Of a DNA stretch of 64,000 nucleotides, positions 1 to 11,310 are shown piece after piece; position 1 is the first letter of the stretch, and every line of letters begins with the position of its first letter. The notes beneath the pieces are model-generated. The model saw only the letters and a program-made list of their open reading frames with translations, did no database searches and had not been told where the DNA came from. The position numbers and the translations under genes are program-made. The DNA is from Heterodontus francisci (Eukaryota): NCBI RefSeq assembly GCF_036365525.1, contig NC_090396.1:69171194-69235193 (forward strand). Direction: 5' to 3'.

Positions 1-815
1 TGCGACCAAACGTTATACCTGCCTTTGCCCCATATCCCTTAATACAAAAATCTATCACTCAGTTTTAAGATAAACAATTGATCTAGCATGAATTGTTGTT
101 TGCGAAAGTGAGTTTCAAACTTTGACCACTCTTTGTGTGTAGAAGTGTTTCTTAATTTCACTGCTGAAAGGTCTGGCACTATTTTTTAAACTATGCCCCC
201 GAGTCCTAGACTCCTCAACCAGTGGAAATCATTTCTTTCTATCTACCCTATCTGTTCTCCTTAATATCATGAAATCTTCAATCAAATCATCCCCAACCTT
301 CTAAATTCCAGTGCATACAACCCTAGTTTGTGTAATCTCTTCTCATAATTTAATCTTTGCAGTCCAGGTATAGTTCTAGCAAAATAAAAACAGACGATGC
401 TGGAAATACTCAGCATCGATAGAGAGAAAAATAGTGTTACCTCATCTGAACCCTTTCCCTCTCCATAGATGCTGCCTGACCTGATAAGTAATTCCAGCAT
501 TTTCAGTTTTTTTCAGATTTCCAGCATTTGCAGTATTTTGCTTTTGTATCATTCTAGTAACTCACCGTTGCACTCCCTCCAAGGCCAATGTATCCTTCCT
601 AAGATGTGGTGCCCAGAACTGCTCACAGAACTCCAGGTGTAGTCTAACCAGGGCTTTGTATACCTAAAGCATGACTTCAATCCCCTTGTGTTTTAGTCCT
701 CCAGCTATAAAGGCCAGCATTGTATTAGCCTTTTAGATTATTTTCTGTACCTGTTCATGATATTTTAATGACCTGTGTACTTGGACCTCCACTGTGTCTA
801 GCTTTTCACTATTTA
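1..815 (-). mobile_element. CR1 LINE 3' fragment, interrupted at ~381-546
   Basis: The minus strand encodes CR1 RT C-terminal motifs (PGLQRLNYEKRLHKLGLYALEFRRL). Confidence 0.8.
381..546. mobile_element. Degenerate palindromic copy of the hammerhead-bearing (Penelope pLTR-like) short element; ribozyme core lost
   Basis: Inverted arms atgctggaaatactcagc / ctgataagtaattccagcat match the copies at 43889, 51517, 60351 and 62492. Approximate TSD gtat(ag/ca)ttctag in the host CR1. Confidence 0.7.
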
Positions 816-819
816 GAAA

Positions 820-2517
820 TGCGTCATTGTAAAACACAAGGCTGAAGGATTTGTAACCATCTACAGTCAGAATTGCCAAGTGGATGATCATTCGCTCCTC
901 ATCCTGAGGTCCCCACCAACATAGATGCCAGTCTTCAGCCAGTTCGATTCACTCCACGTGATATCAAGAAACATCTGTAGGCACTGGATACAGCAAAGGC
1001 TAGGGCCCCTGACAACAGCCAAGCTGTAGTACTGAAGACTTGTGCTCCAGAACTAGCCATGTCCTTAGCCATGCTGTTCCAGTACAGCTACAACACTGGC
1101 ATCTACCTGACTATGTGGAAAATTGCCCATGTATATCCAGTTCACAAAAAGCAGGACAAATCCAATCCGGTCAATTACTGCCCATCCATCTACTCTCAGT
1201 TGTCAGCAAAGTGATGAAAGGTGTCGTTGACAATGGTATCAAGCAGAAACAACATGCTCATTGATGCCCAGTTTGGGTTTCACCAGGTCTACTCTGCTCC
1301 AGACCTCATTACAGCCTTGATCCAGACATGGACAAAAGAGCTGGATTCCTGGGATGAGGTGAGAGGACTGCCCTTGATATCAAGGAGTATTTGACTGAGT
1401 GTGGCATCAAGGAGCCCTAGGAAAATTGAAGTCAATGGGAATCAGGGGGATAAACTCTCCACTGGTTGAAGTCATATCGAGCACAAAGGAAGATGGCTGT
1501 GGTTGTTGGAGGCCAGGCATCTCTGCCCCAGGGCATGGCTGTAGGAGTTCTTCATGGCAGTGTCCTCGGCTCAACCATCTTCAGCTGCTTCATCAATGAC
1601 CTTCAGTGAGGTCAGAAGTGAGGATGCTCGTTGATGATTACGTGTTCAGTACCATTCGCAACTCCTCAAGTACTGAAGCAGTCCATGCCTGCATGCAGAA
1701 AGACCTGGACAACATTCAGGATTGGGCTGCTAAGTTTCAAGTAACATTCACGCCACACAAGTGCCAGTCAATAACCATCTCCAATAAGAGAGAATTTAAC
1801 CATCTCCCCTTGGTGGACAATGGCATTACCATCACTGAATCTCCCCACCATCAACATCCTGGGGGTTACCATTGACCAGCAATTTAATTGGACCAGCCAT
1901 ATAAATATTGTATTTACAAGAGCAGGTCAGAGGCTGGGATTTCTGTGCTGAGTAACTCGGGTCTTGACACCCCAAAGCCAGTCCACTACAAGGCACAAGT
2001 CAGGAGTGTGATGGACTGCTCGCCATTTGCTTGGATGAGTGTAGCTCCAACAATACTCAAGAAGCTCAACACCATCGAGGACAAAACAGTCATCTTGATT
2101 GGCACCCCATCCACCACCTTAAACGTTCACTCCCTCCACCACCGAGGCACAGTGGCAGCAGTGTGTACCATCTACAAGAGGCACTGCAGCAAATTGCCAG
2201 CGCTTCTTCGACAGCACCTTCCAAACCCGTGACCTCTACCACCTAGAAGGACAAGAGTAGCAGATTCATGGGGACATCACGACTTACAAGTTACCCTCCA
2301 AGTCACACACCATCCTGACTTGAAACTATATCACCATTACTTCACTGTTGCTGGGTTAAAATCATGGAACTCCCATCACACAGCACTACACCACATAGAC
2401 TGCAGTGGTTTAAGAAGGCGGCACACACCACCTTCACCTTCTTGAGGGAAATTAGGGATGGGCAATAAATGCTGGCCTTGCCAGCAATGCTTACATCCCA
2501 AGAGTTTAAAAAAAAAA
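820..2517 (+). mobile_element. Decayed LINE of a second CR1/Jockey-group family ('family B'), 3' half
   Basis: RT remnants (…LLSVVSKVMKGVV, …RMLVDD, YKAQVRSVMDCSPFAW). 3' tail attagggatgggcaataaatgctggccttgccagc plus A-run. Homologous to 49425-51320. Confidence 0.8.
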
Positions 2518-2549
2518 TCTTATTTAACTTTCAAAAAAATTACTCTGCT

Positions 2550-3350
2550 CTGTTGTGTCCTTTTTCAGTCCAAATCGGGTGGCCTCTCATTTTCCTACAT
2601 TGAAATCCATTTACCTTAGTTTTGCACATCACTTAATCTATTGATATACGAATTAGGAGCAGGAGTAGGCCACTCGCCTCTCGAGTCTGCTCCACCATTC
2701 AACAAGATCATGGACGATCTAATTGTAACCTCAAATCCACATTCCCGTCTACCCCCCGATAACCTCTCACCTCCTTGCTAATAACAAATCTATCTACCTG
2801 TGCCTCAAAAATATTCAAACTCCTCTTCCACTGCCTTTTGAGAGAGAGTTCCAAAGACTCACAACCCACTGAGAGAAAAAAGCCCTCCTCATCTCTGTCT
2901 TAAATGGGCGACCCTTATTTTTAAACAGTGACTCCTAGTTCTAGATTCTCCCACAAGAGGAAACATCCTTTCCACATCCACCCTGAAAAGACCCCTCAGG
3001 ATCTTATATGTTTCAATCAAGTTGCCTCTTACTCTTCTAAACTCCAGCGGATATAAGCCTAGCCTGTCCAACCTTTCCTCGTAAGACAACCCGTTCATTC
3101 CAGGTATTAGTCTAGTAAACCTGATATTGCTTTGTAAATTTATGCTTCCATCTAAACTGCTTATAATGCTGCCTATCTTTGTGTCACTAGCAAATTTGGA
3201 TAAGTGGCTTTCTATCGTATCATCTCAGTTATTAACATTAATAGTTGAGGTCCTGACATTGAGCCTACTCACATCCTGCTAATTAGAGTGTCCGCCCAAT
3301 ATCCCTATTCTCTGTCAATTTCCTAACCAGGTCAAGAATTTGTCTTCAAT
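2550..3350 (-). mobile_element. Nested CR1 fragments (younger 3' end ~2650-3120 inside an older copy)
   Basis: ORF 2889-3098 GLSYEERLDRLGLYPLEFRRVRGNLIETYKIL and CR1 3' UTR. Confidence 0.8.
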
Positions 3351-4547
3351 CCATGAGTGTGAGCAACCCAAGCGTCTGATGAAGCTTTGCTTTTGGTGAG
3401 TTGATTGTTAACAGATATAGATGACTCACCTGCTGGGATGACCACTTATATCATTGAAGGAACCATGTTCTGGGTGTGCTGCAGCTGATGCAGTTTATAT
3501 TTGTGTGGAGCTGGAGAATAAAAATGAATTTTTCACGAATTGGAAACACTTCTGTGGAAGAAAATTATCGCATATATAAATTCTGATTTCAGTTGCTACT
3601 TGGAGGTACACTATAGCTACAGCCGATCGTACATTTCTACCCAGGTTCAAATTAAAATACTTTATCTGTTCATCTGCAAGGAGTTGTCTTACAGGATTAA
3701 AGGTGTAACCCAACTACAATAATCAATTAGCTGAATAGTGGCAAGGTCAACCAAGGACAAAATGTGCATGCATAATAGTAATTTTAAAATTAGACTTAAA
3801 AAATTGGTCAACTCAATGGGGCCCTCTTCCTATGGAGGGACTGACAGCATGGTGGAGATGAGAGGGAGGAGAGAGGAATGCAAATTTGTCTGTTCACATT
3901 GAAGGTGTTGAGAAAGGGAAGACAATTGTGTAAGGCTGGTTCTGAGATCATCAAGAAAAAAATTTGCAATGGAATTTCCTCAATTTATTTATTCTCCTGA
4001 GGGAGATGAATACCAGAGGAAACTTGAGATTTCTCGCTGACTCCTGAATAGTAACATCTATCATATGTTAGCTTTTATATACTGGGTATCTTCCATAGAT
4101 TTAATCTTGCCCTCGCTGCTAACCTGTAAATTGTTGTATGACTGTTGTTGACAGAACAGCGTTTGGAACAGATACAGCTGTTGGTCTATGAATAATACTA
4201 AACTCATCCATGCAGTGTAGCAAACCTGACCAAACCCAAAAACTAGTTGGAGTCTGGAAATGGTTCCTCAATTTTAAGGTAGTTTTGTTGTCTGACTTTG
4301 AAGGGAAGTAAAATTTTATACTGCAATAAAAAACACAACTGCATTGGTTGTTGGAATTTGCAGAATAGTTTCACTCCAACTAAAACTTTTCTGGTTTTAA
4401 GTTTCATTTCTCTGCCTGTTGAACATTTGTATAAATATCACTGTTTAACAAATATATGAGCAGTAAACCTAATTAGGTGCAATGGAAGTATTGTACTGAA
4501 AGGCAAGGTGTATGCCGAATTACCACACTGTTGCTTAATGCAATTCA

Positions 4548-4645
4548 TCTTCTTCTTTGGCCTCCTTGTCTCGAGAGACAATGGGTAAGCGCCTAGAGGT
4601 GGTCAGTGGTGTCAGTCGCTGTGAGGCAACTATGGAGTGACCTCT
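4548..4645 (-). mobile_element. Very short 3' terminal fragment of RTE-clade LINE
   Basis: Reverse complement of the 3' UTR and (GAA)n tail seen at 35530-35588. Confidence 0.8.
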
Positions 4646-5059
4646 CCATGGCAATTGGAACCCATTTTTGTATTGAAATTGCATTGCACTGAAAAATGTT
4701 GGTATTTATTTGAGTATAATGGATAGCTGGGAGTGATTTATAAATCAGTACAGTAATTCATGGACACAGGTAACATTTCAAGTTCTGAAATTGAGATTTC
4801 AAGCAGTTAATGGCAGTGATCTGAACCCTGGGGATTGGGTTACATTCTTAAAATTGTACCCTGGTATTTATTTGTAATAAGTACCATGTGAAATCTTGAA
4901 TGGAAATCTTTGCTTTTGGACACTTTTCTCTTTTGCTAGTAGCAGCTTCCTGTCCCCAATATGTGATGTTCACACAAGAGGATAAGTAGTTGAGACATTG
5001 CTTGTGTTGATTTATCAAAGTGATCTGCAATTACTTACCATGACGTTCCATACACATTT

Positions 5060-6585
5060 AACTAATCGGAACAGGAGTAGGGCATTCAGCCTCTCAGGCC
5101 TCTCCCACACATTTGTTAGATTGTGGCTAATCAGCATCTCAACTCCATTTACCCAACCTGTGTACATGTCATTTGAAATCTTACCTAACTCACATCAATC
5201 ACTCTTGGTCATTAAAATTTGAATTGACAGCCTTGTGTGAAAATGTTCTTCCTAATTTCATTCCTAACTGGCCTAGCTCTCATAGGATCATAGGAAATAG
5301 GAGCAGGAGTAGACCATTCAGCCTGTCGAGCCTGCTCCATCATTCAAACAGATCATGGCTGATCATCTATCTCGACGCCATTTTTCCCCACTATCCCCAT
5401 ATCCCTTGATGTCGTTGGTATTCAGAAATCTATCAATTTCTGTCTTGAACATGTTCAGTGATTGAGCTTCCACAGCCCTCTGGGGTAGAGAATTCCAAAG
5501 ATTCACCACCCTCTGAGTAAAGAAATTCCTCCTCATCTCAGTCTTAAATGGCCTGTCCCTTATTCTGAGACTGTATCCCCTTGTTCTAGACTCACCAGCC
5601 AGAGGAAACATCCTATCCACATCAACCCTGTCACACCCTGTAAAAATTTGTAAGTTTCAATGAGATCACCTCTCATTCTTTGAAACTCTAGAGAATACAG
5701 GCCCAGTTTCTGCAATCTCTCCTCCATCCCAGGGATTGGTCTGGTGAACCTCTGTTGTACTCCCTCTATGGCTAGTATATCCTTCCTTAGATAAGAAGAC
5801 CAAAATTGTACACAGTACTCCAGGTGCAGTCTCACCAATGCTTTATACAATTGCAGCAATACATCTTTACTCCTGTACTCAAATCCCCTTGCAATGAGGG
5901 CCAACATACTATATTTGCCTTTTTAATACTTGCTGCACCTGCATACTAGCTTTTAGTGACTCATGAACAAGGACACCCAGGTCTCTTTGGACATTAACAC
6001 TTCTCAATCTCTCACCATTTATGAAATACTCTGCCTTTCTGTTTTTTCTACCAAAGTGGATCACTTCACACTTACTCACATTATATTTCATCTGCCAAAT
6101 TCTTGCCCATTCACTTAGCCTGTCCAAATCCCCTTGAAGCCTCCTTTCATTCTGTCACAACTTGCATTCCCTCCTAGTTTTGTGTCATCCGCAAATTTGG
6201 AAATATTACAATTTGGCCTACTACAACTGTTTGAGCCCCTGAATTTTTCTTGTGGGTCTGCACTGTACCCCCTTCAAGACCAATCTATCCTTCCTGAGGT
6301 AAAGTGTCTAGAACTGAATGCAATATTCCAAATGGTATCTTACCAAAGCAGTATGCACCGGAAGCATAACTTTCTCACTTTTGTATTCCAACCCCCTTGA
6401 GATAAAGACCAACATTCCATTAGCCTTTTTGATTAATTTTTGGACCTGTGCACTAGATTTTAGTGATTCGTGTATAAGGACATCCAAATCTATTTGCTCC
6501 TCCACGTTGTTTAGTCTCTCACCATTACAAAAATATTCCAGTTTCTACTTCTGGGATTCAAGATGGATGACCTCACACACTGAAT
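5060..6585 (-). mobile_element. Nested CR1 LINE fragments
   Basis: ORFs 5363-6505 carry CR1 motifs (LVRLHLEYCVQFWS, KCEVIHFGRKN, RRNFFTQRVVNLWN). Confidence 0.85.
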
Positions 6586-6878
6586 AGTAGCACGGTGGAT
6601 AGGGGTGTGTCTCTGGATGTTGTCAAATGGACTTGTGGAAGGAATTTAACAGGCCTCCGCACAAGGGATTATCATCAAGAATGAAAGCGCATGGAATTGG
6701 AGGTAGCCTTGCAAAGTGAGTTGGTAATTGGCTGAAAGGTAGGAGATGAAGAGTCTGGGTAAAGGGAACATGCTCAGACGAGGGGGATATGACGAGTTGT
6801 GTTCCCCCAGGGATCTTTACTGAGGCTGCAGCTTTTCACCAAATATATTATTGACTTGGATGAAGGAATAGAGAGTAG

Positions 6879-6952
6879 TACACTGGACCCTGCTATAACG
6901 CAGTCCAGAGGGTCCATATCTTGAGACCTTGTTATAATAAGGCCCCAAAGTA
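6879..6952. mobile_element. Possible tiny Tc1/mariner (Tigger-like) MITE remnant
   Basis: TA-flanked imperfect inverted ends tacactggaccctgctataac / gttataataaggccccaaagta. Confidence 0.3.
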
Positions 6953-7039
6953 TTTGATGGGAAACCCATCTGACTTGTTATATTTTTGTTTCCTAGATCA
7001 ATCAGTATTTCCTCCCAGGCTAGGAAGATTTGTGTGCAT

Positions 7040-7270
7040 TGGACCCACTTGTAGCTGTGCCTTTTGCTGATACCAAGCACTCAGGATTGCACATATATGC
7101 ACTGTACAGCAGGAGTTACTGGACAACCAGCGGCAACCCTAGCAGGTTTGCCTCTTTCCTGACGCAGGGGTGCTGAGGTCAACTGAAATGCCTTTACTGC
7201 TGCCTCAGCAGAGCTCAGTGACTAAGCTGGAAGACTTCCTGACTTGTGTGTTTTAATATGACACCAGACA
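7040..7270 (-). mobile_element. Degenerate SacSINE1-like (DeuSINE) fragment
   Basis: Resembles the reverse complement of the element at 60290-60665 and the recalled SacSINE1 consensus (aggggtgctgaggtcaa…gctgcctcagcagagctcag). Confidence 0.45.
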
Positions 7271-9280
7271 AATCTTATTTAATGGAAAATTTTGGGGTCT
7301 GACACAGACCCGCATAATACCGAGTTATGCGCTATGGCAGGGTTGCCATGTATATCCAAGTTGGCAAATGGCGCTTGAGTCAGAAGTTTTAGAATTTGTG
7401 TAGATGGGAGCAGGAAATTTTCAAAGCGACATACACAGATTAAGTTAGTGGATAGAACTATGTTAGATGGTGATTGGAAGTGCATTCAGTCTATATAAAG
7501 AAGACAAAATGTTACTGGTATGAGGAAAGCTAAAAAAATAATTAAGGGGAGCATCTCAGTAACTTTAATATAGTTGTTAGAAATGGTAATGGAGCAGATA
7601 ATGGGCAAGGTGGACACATCTCCAGAGAATGGTGGTTTCCTAAAATACTAAAAGAAATAGGTGAGGAAATTGCAGATGCTTTCGCCCTAATTTTCCAAAG
7701 TTCCAAACTTTCAGGAATTGTGCCCTTGGACTTGGTTATTGTAAGTGCCACCTGTTATTTAAGAAGGGAGAGACCAGGCAAGTACAGATCTGCCACTTTG
7801 AAATGAGTTGTGGGAAAGGTATTGGAATCTACCATCAGGCACAGAATGGCTAAGCACTTGGAGACGTACTAGCTGGTCAAGGAGAGCCAGCATGGCTTTG
7901 TGTAAGGTAGGTCATGTCTGACAGTTCTAGTTGAATTTTTTGAGGAAATTGCTAGCATAGGACAGAGAGATCTGAGTTGAAAATCTTTAAATTGTGTACA
8001 GGTAGAAAGGCTATCAAAAGGCAAATATGATTCTGGGGTTTATATACAGAGATTGAGTATCAATGCAAGGAATTAATATTGAATTTGTATGAGATGTTAA
8101 ATCACTATTGGAGCATTGTGTGCAGTTCTGGATAACAAATTATATGAATACTACCATAAAATGAAAATTATATGTCAAAGATTCATCTTAAGTACACAAC
8201 TAATAAGAATATAGATTTGTTGTGAGGTAATTGAGTATTTTATGTAACTTGCTTTCAGTAAAGATTATTCAGTAATTAAGTTCTGAGTTTTGAGAATTGT
8301 CAGTGCATTTACTATTTTCCTTTTGCATGTGTTTTGTAACCCTTTTCACATTTGAGATATTTTATAAAGATTTTTCATAAGAAATTTTAATGAAGGTTCT
8401 TGTTGCATTTTTGCTTCAATTCCAATTAACTTAACAGTTAAGCACTGCAGTAGTATTTTGTTCTTTCAACTAGCTTTCTCTGAGTGTTGTATGGTTGCTG
8501 CATATTAAACCTGGCCTTTGAGTTCTATTTTTTACAGTTCTGCACATAAGCACCCACCCTTCGCCGCCCCCCACTCCCCCACTCTCCCACCCTGCCCTTT
8601 TGCGTGCCATGTTTAATTTTGGATTCTTTCCACATTTCAGTGCTATTTCAAATCCAAGTGGATTGCTAAATTATGTTTTTGCTTGCAACTGCAAAATGGA
8701 CAAGATGAAGTAATCACTAAATGACTACATTGTCATGGTGATTCTTGCCCATGTGCAGCAATGAGCACATGGTGTATATGATGTAGTTCAGATGTTACTA
8801 GTAATGGTCAGTGCTGTTAAGATTGTGCACTTATCTAGAATCATGTCAATTTGGAGTAATCTCCTGCAGCCAGATTAAGATTCACTCCAGTAAGAGGGGC
8901 GAATCCCAAATGCTTTATGTTAGTTCTACTTTTATAGGATACACTAGTTGAAATCATATGGTGTTACCTACAGTAAGTCGGAAGATACAGTGTTTTGTAA
9001 CGAGTGAATCAGACCAAGTATTGACGATGTAGTATAGTGTATAGTGTTGTGATGGAGGATCTCTCTGAATGGCCGATTGGATTAAAGCAAGAATGCCCAA
9101 TTTCTGGAAGTAAACAAATCCTGAGATCACTCTGAATTGAATTGTTTTTGTCAGGGAACTTTGCAGATTGTAATAGCATGAGAAAATCATGATACCAGCC
9201 AGGACTGACCAAACATGGAGCAAATTTGTGACACAGGAAATAAATGTAAAAAGCAGGGAGTGCCCACAGACGCAGGTCTT

Positions 9281-9915
9281 AGAATCATACAGCATAGAGG
9301 GAGGACATTCAACCCATTGTGCCTGTGCTGGCTCTTTGAAGGAACTATCCAATTAGTCCCATTCCCCAGCTCTTTCCCCATAGCCTGGCAATTTTTTACT
9401 TTTCAAAGTATGTATCCAATTTCTTTTTTAAAGTAATTATTGTATCTGCTTGCACCACCCTTTCAGGCAGGGCATTCCAGATCATCATAAAGTACTTCAT
9501 GAAAACATTTCTCCTCATCACTCCTCTGGTTCTTCTGCCAATTATCTTAAGTCTGTGTCCTCTGGTTGCAAATCCTTCTGCCAGTGGGAACAGTTTCTCC
9601 TTATCTACTCTGACAAAATTGGTCATCATTTTGAATGCCTCCACTAGCGCTCACCTTAACTTTCTCTGTTCTGAGAAGTACAATTGCATCTTCTGCAGTC
9701 TCTCCATGTAACTGAAGTGCCTCATCCCTGGTATTATTCTAGTAAATCTCCTCTCCAAGGCCTTGACATGCTTCCTAAAGTATGGTGCCCTCTATAGTGC
9801 ATATGGCTCTAGCTGAGGCTTAATCAGTGATTTAGAAAGAATTGCAGTACTTCTTTGCTTTTCTACTCTGCCTCTATTTATAAAGTCTAGAATCTCATGC
9901 TTTTTATTAACAGCC
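9281..9915 (-). mobile_element. CR1 LINE 3' fragment
   Basis: ORF 9396-9644 (…TRGHRLKI…WNALPERVV) and CR1 3' UTR. Confidence 0.8.
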
Positions 9916-9920
9916 TCAGA

Positions 9921-10273
9921 GGGCGGCACAGTGGCGCAGTGGTTAGCACCGCAGCCTCACAGCCCCAGGGACCCGGGTTCGATTCCGGGTACTGCCTGTG
10001 TGGAGTTTGCAAGTTCTCCCTGTGTCTGTGTGGGTTTTCTCCGGGTGCTCCGGTTTCCTCCCACAAGCCAAAAGACTTGCAGGTTGATAGGTAAAATTGG
10101 CCATTATAAATTGTCACTAGTATAGATAGGTGGTAGGGAAATATAGGGACAGGTGGGGATGTTTGGTAGGAATATGGGATTAGTGTAGGATTAGTATAAA
10201 TGGGTGGTTGATGTTCGGCACAGATGTTCGGTGGGCCAAAGGGCCTGTTTCAGTGCTGTATCTCTAATCTAAA
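9921..10273 (+). mobile_element. HE1-type tRNA-derived SINE (V-SINE superfamily)
   Basis: A box tggcgcagtgg and B box ggttcgattcc, V-domain-like core gtgggttttctccgggtgctccggtttcctcccac, CR1-like tail gggccaaagggcctgtttcagtgctgta. Confidence 0.88.
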
Positions 10274-11310
10274 CTTTTACTAGCAGTTCTACTGTGGTGC
10301 TGCTCATGGTGAGTAAGAAGTTTTATAAGAACAGGGATGTTATTCCAGATAATACCAGGATCACTGTCTTATCAGCACTGAGATTTCCAGGAAATATTGG
10401 AACATCTATAGAAGGGGTCCAGGGATTGACAGTACTGGGATGGTATTATCATTGTTCAGTATTTTAATGAAATCCTGAGTTCTGTGAACATGGGGTAGGG
10501 AGATTTTACAAACACTGGGATAGATTTTGAGATTGTTGGGTCAGGGGTAGAAGGATCTGGGTACATTTGGGAGCACTGGCAATGGGATCTGAAAGCTTGT
10601 TAGCACAGGAAGGTTTTCAGGAGTAGAGGATCCTTGGGTCCAGCAGGTCTGGGAAGGAGGTTTTGAAGCACTCTGGGAAGGAGCATAATAGATGCTGGAA
10701 TCTGGCAGTATTGGGGTTAGCAGGATCCAGCACTTTTGTGGAGAGGAGAGCCTGAGAATTGGAGCCCAAACAGCCCTTGGCCTCCTTCGAATCATTAGAT
10801 TTTAACCCCCCCCCCCCTTCCACACCACTGTGTTTCCTTCTCCCCACCCTCCAATTGATCCCCTTTCAAAAGCCATCCGTAGCGACATTTACACCCTTGG
10901 GTATTCCCCTCTGCCCCAGTATTTTCCCACTGTCAGCCAATATCTCTTTTTATTTGTCTGCCTTAACAGATCTAAGGCTAGATTTTGTGTTTCTTAAAAT
11001 TAATGGATGGAAACTCACAGATTGATTGGTTTACAGTTTGCTGGTACATGCATTGTCGTGCAAAGTTTATCCGTTAGTTCATTATTGGTGAATTTGCCAA
11101 CTTAATAAACATACATTTGCATAAGCAAGCAAGCATTGCTTATAACCTGCTCAAAAGTTCATCACTTATATAGTTTTCAAGTTTTTATGTACTGAAAACA
11201 TTCCTTTGTCTCAAAATTGATTCAGAACAGCAGATTTTTAATCGAACTTTCAACAGCAGGAAAGAGATGAAAGAATTTCATTTTTTAGTTTTTTTCGATA
11301 AGCAATAGCT

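Larger units (their letters stand above)
6590..8140 (+). mobile_element. Old CR1 RT fragments (6590-6875 and ~7480-8140) with other inserts between them
   Basis: Degenerate similarity to the RT region of the 11340-13678 CR1 (gtgttcccccagggatct, cagcatggctttgtg…ggtcatgtctgac). Confidence 0.6.

Noticed and set aside
381-546. Functional hammerhead in the first palindromic copy
   Set aside because: The central CUGAUGA/GAAAC boxes are deleted or decayed in this copy.
9921-10000. tRNA gene
   Set aside because: This is the tRNA-like head of an HE1 SINE. It continues into the SINE body and recurs at 55956 and 59660.
10440-10790. Purine-rich region with several short ORFs
   Set aside because: Low-complexity sequence with no recognisable domain, splice structure or clear repeat unit.
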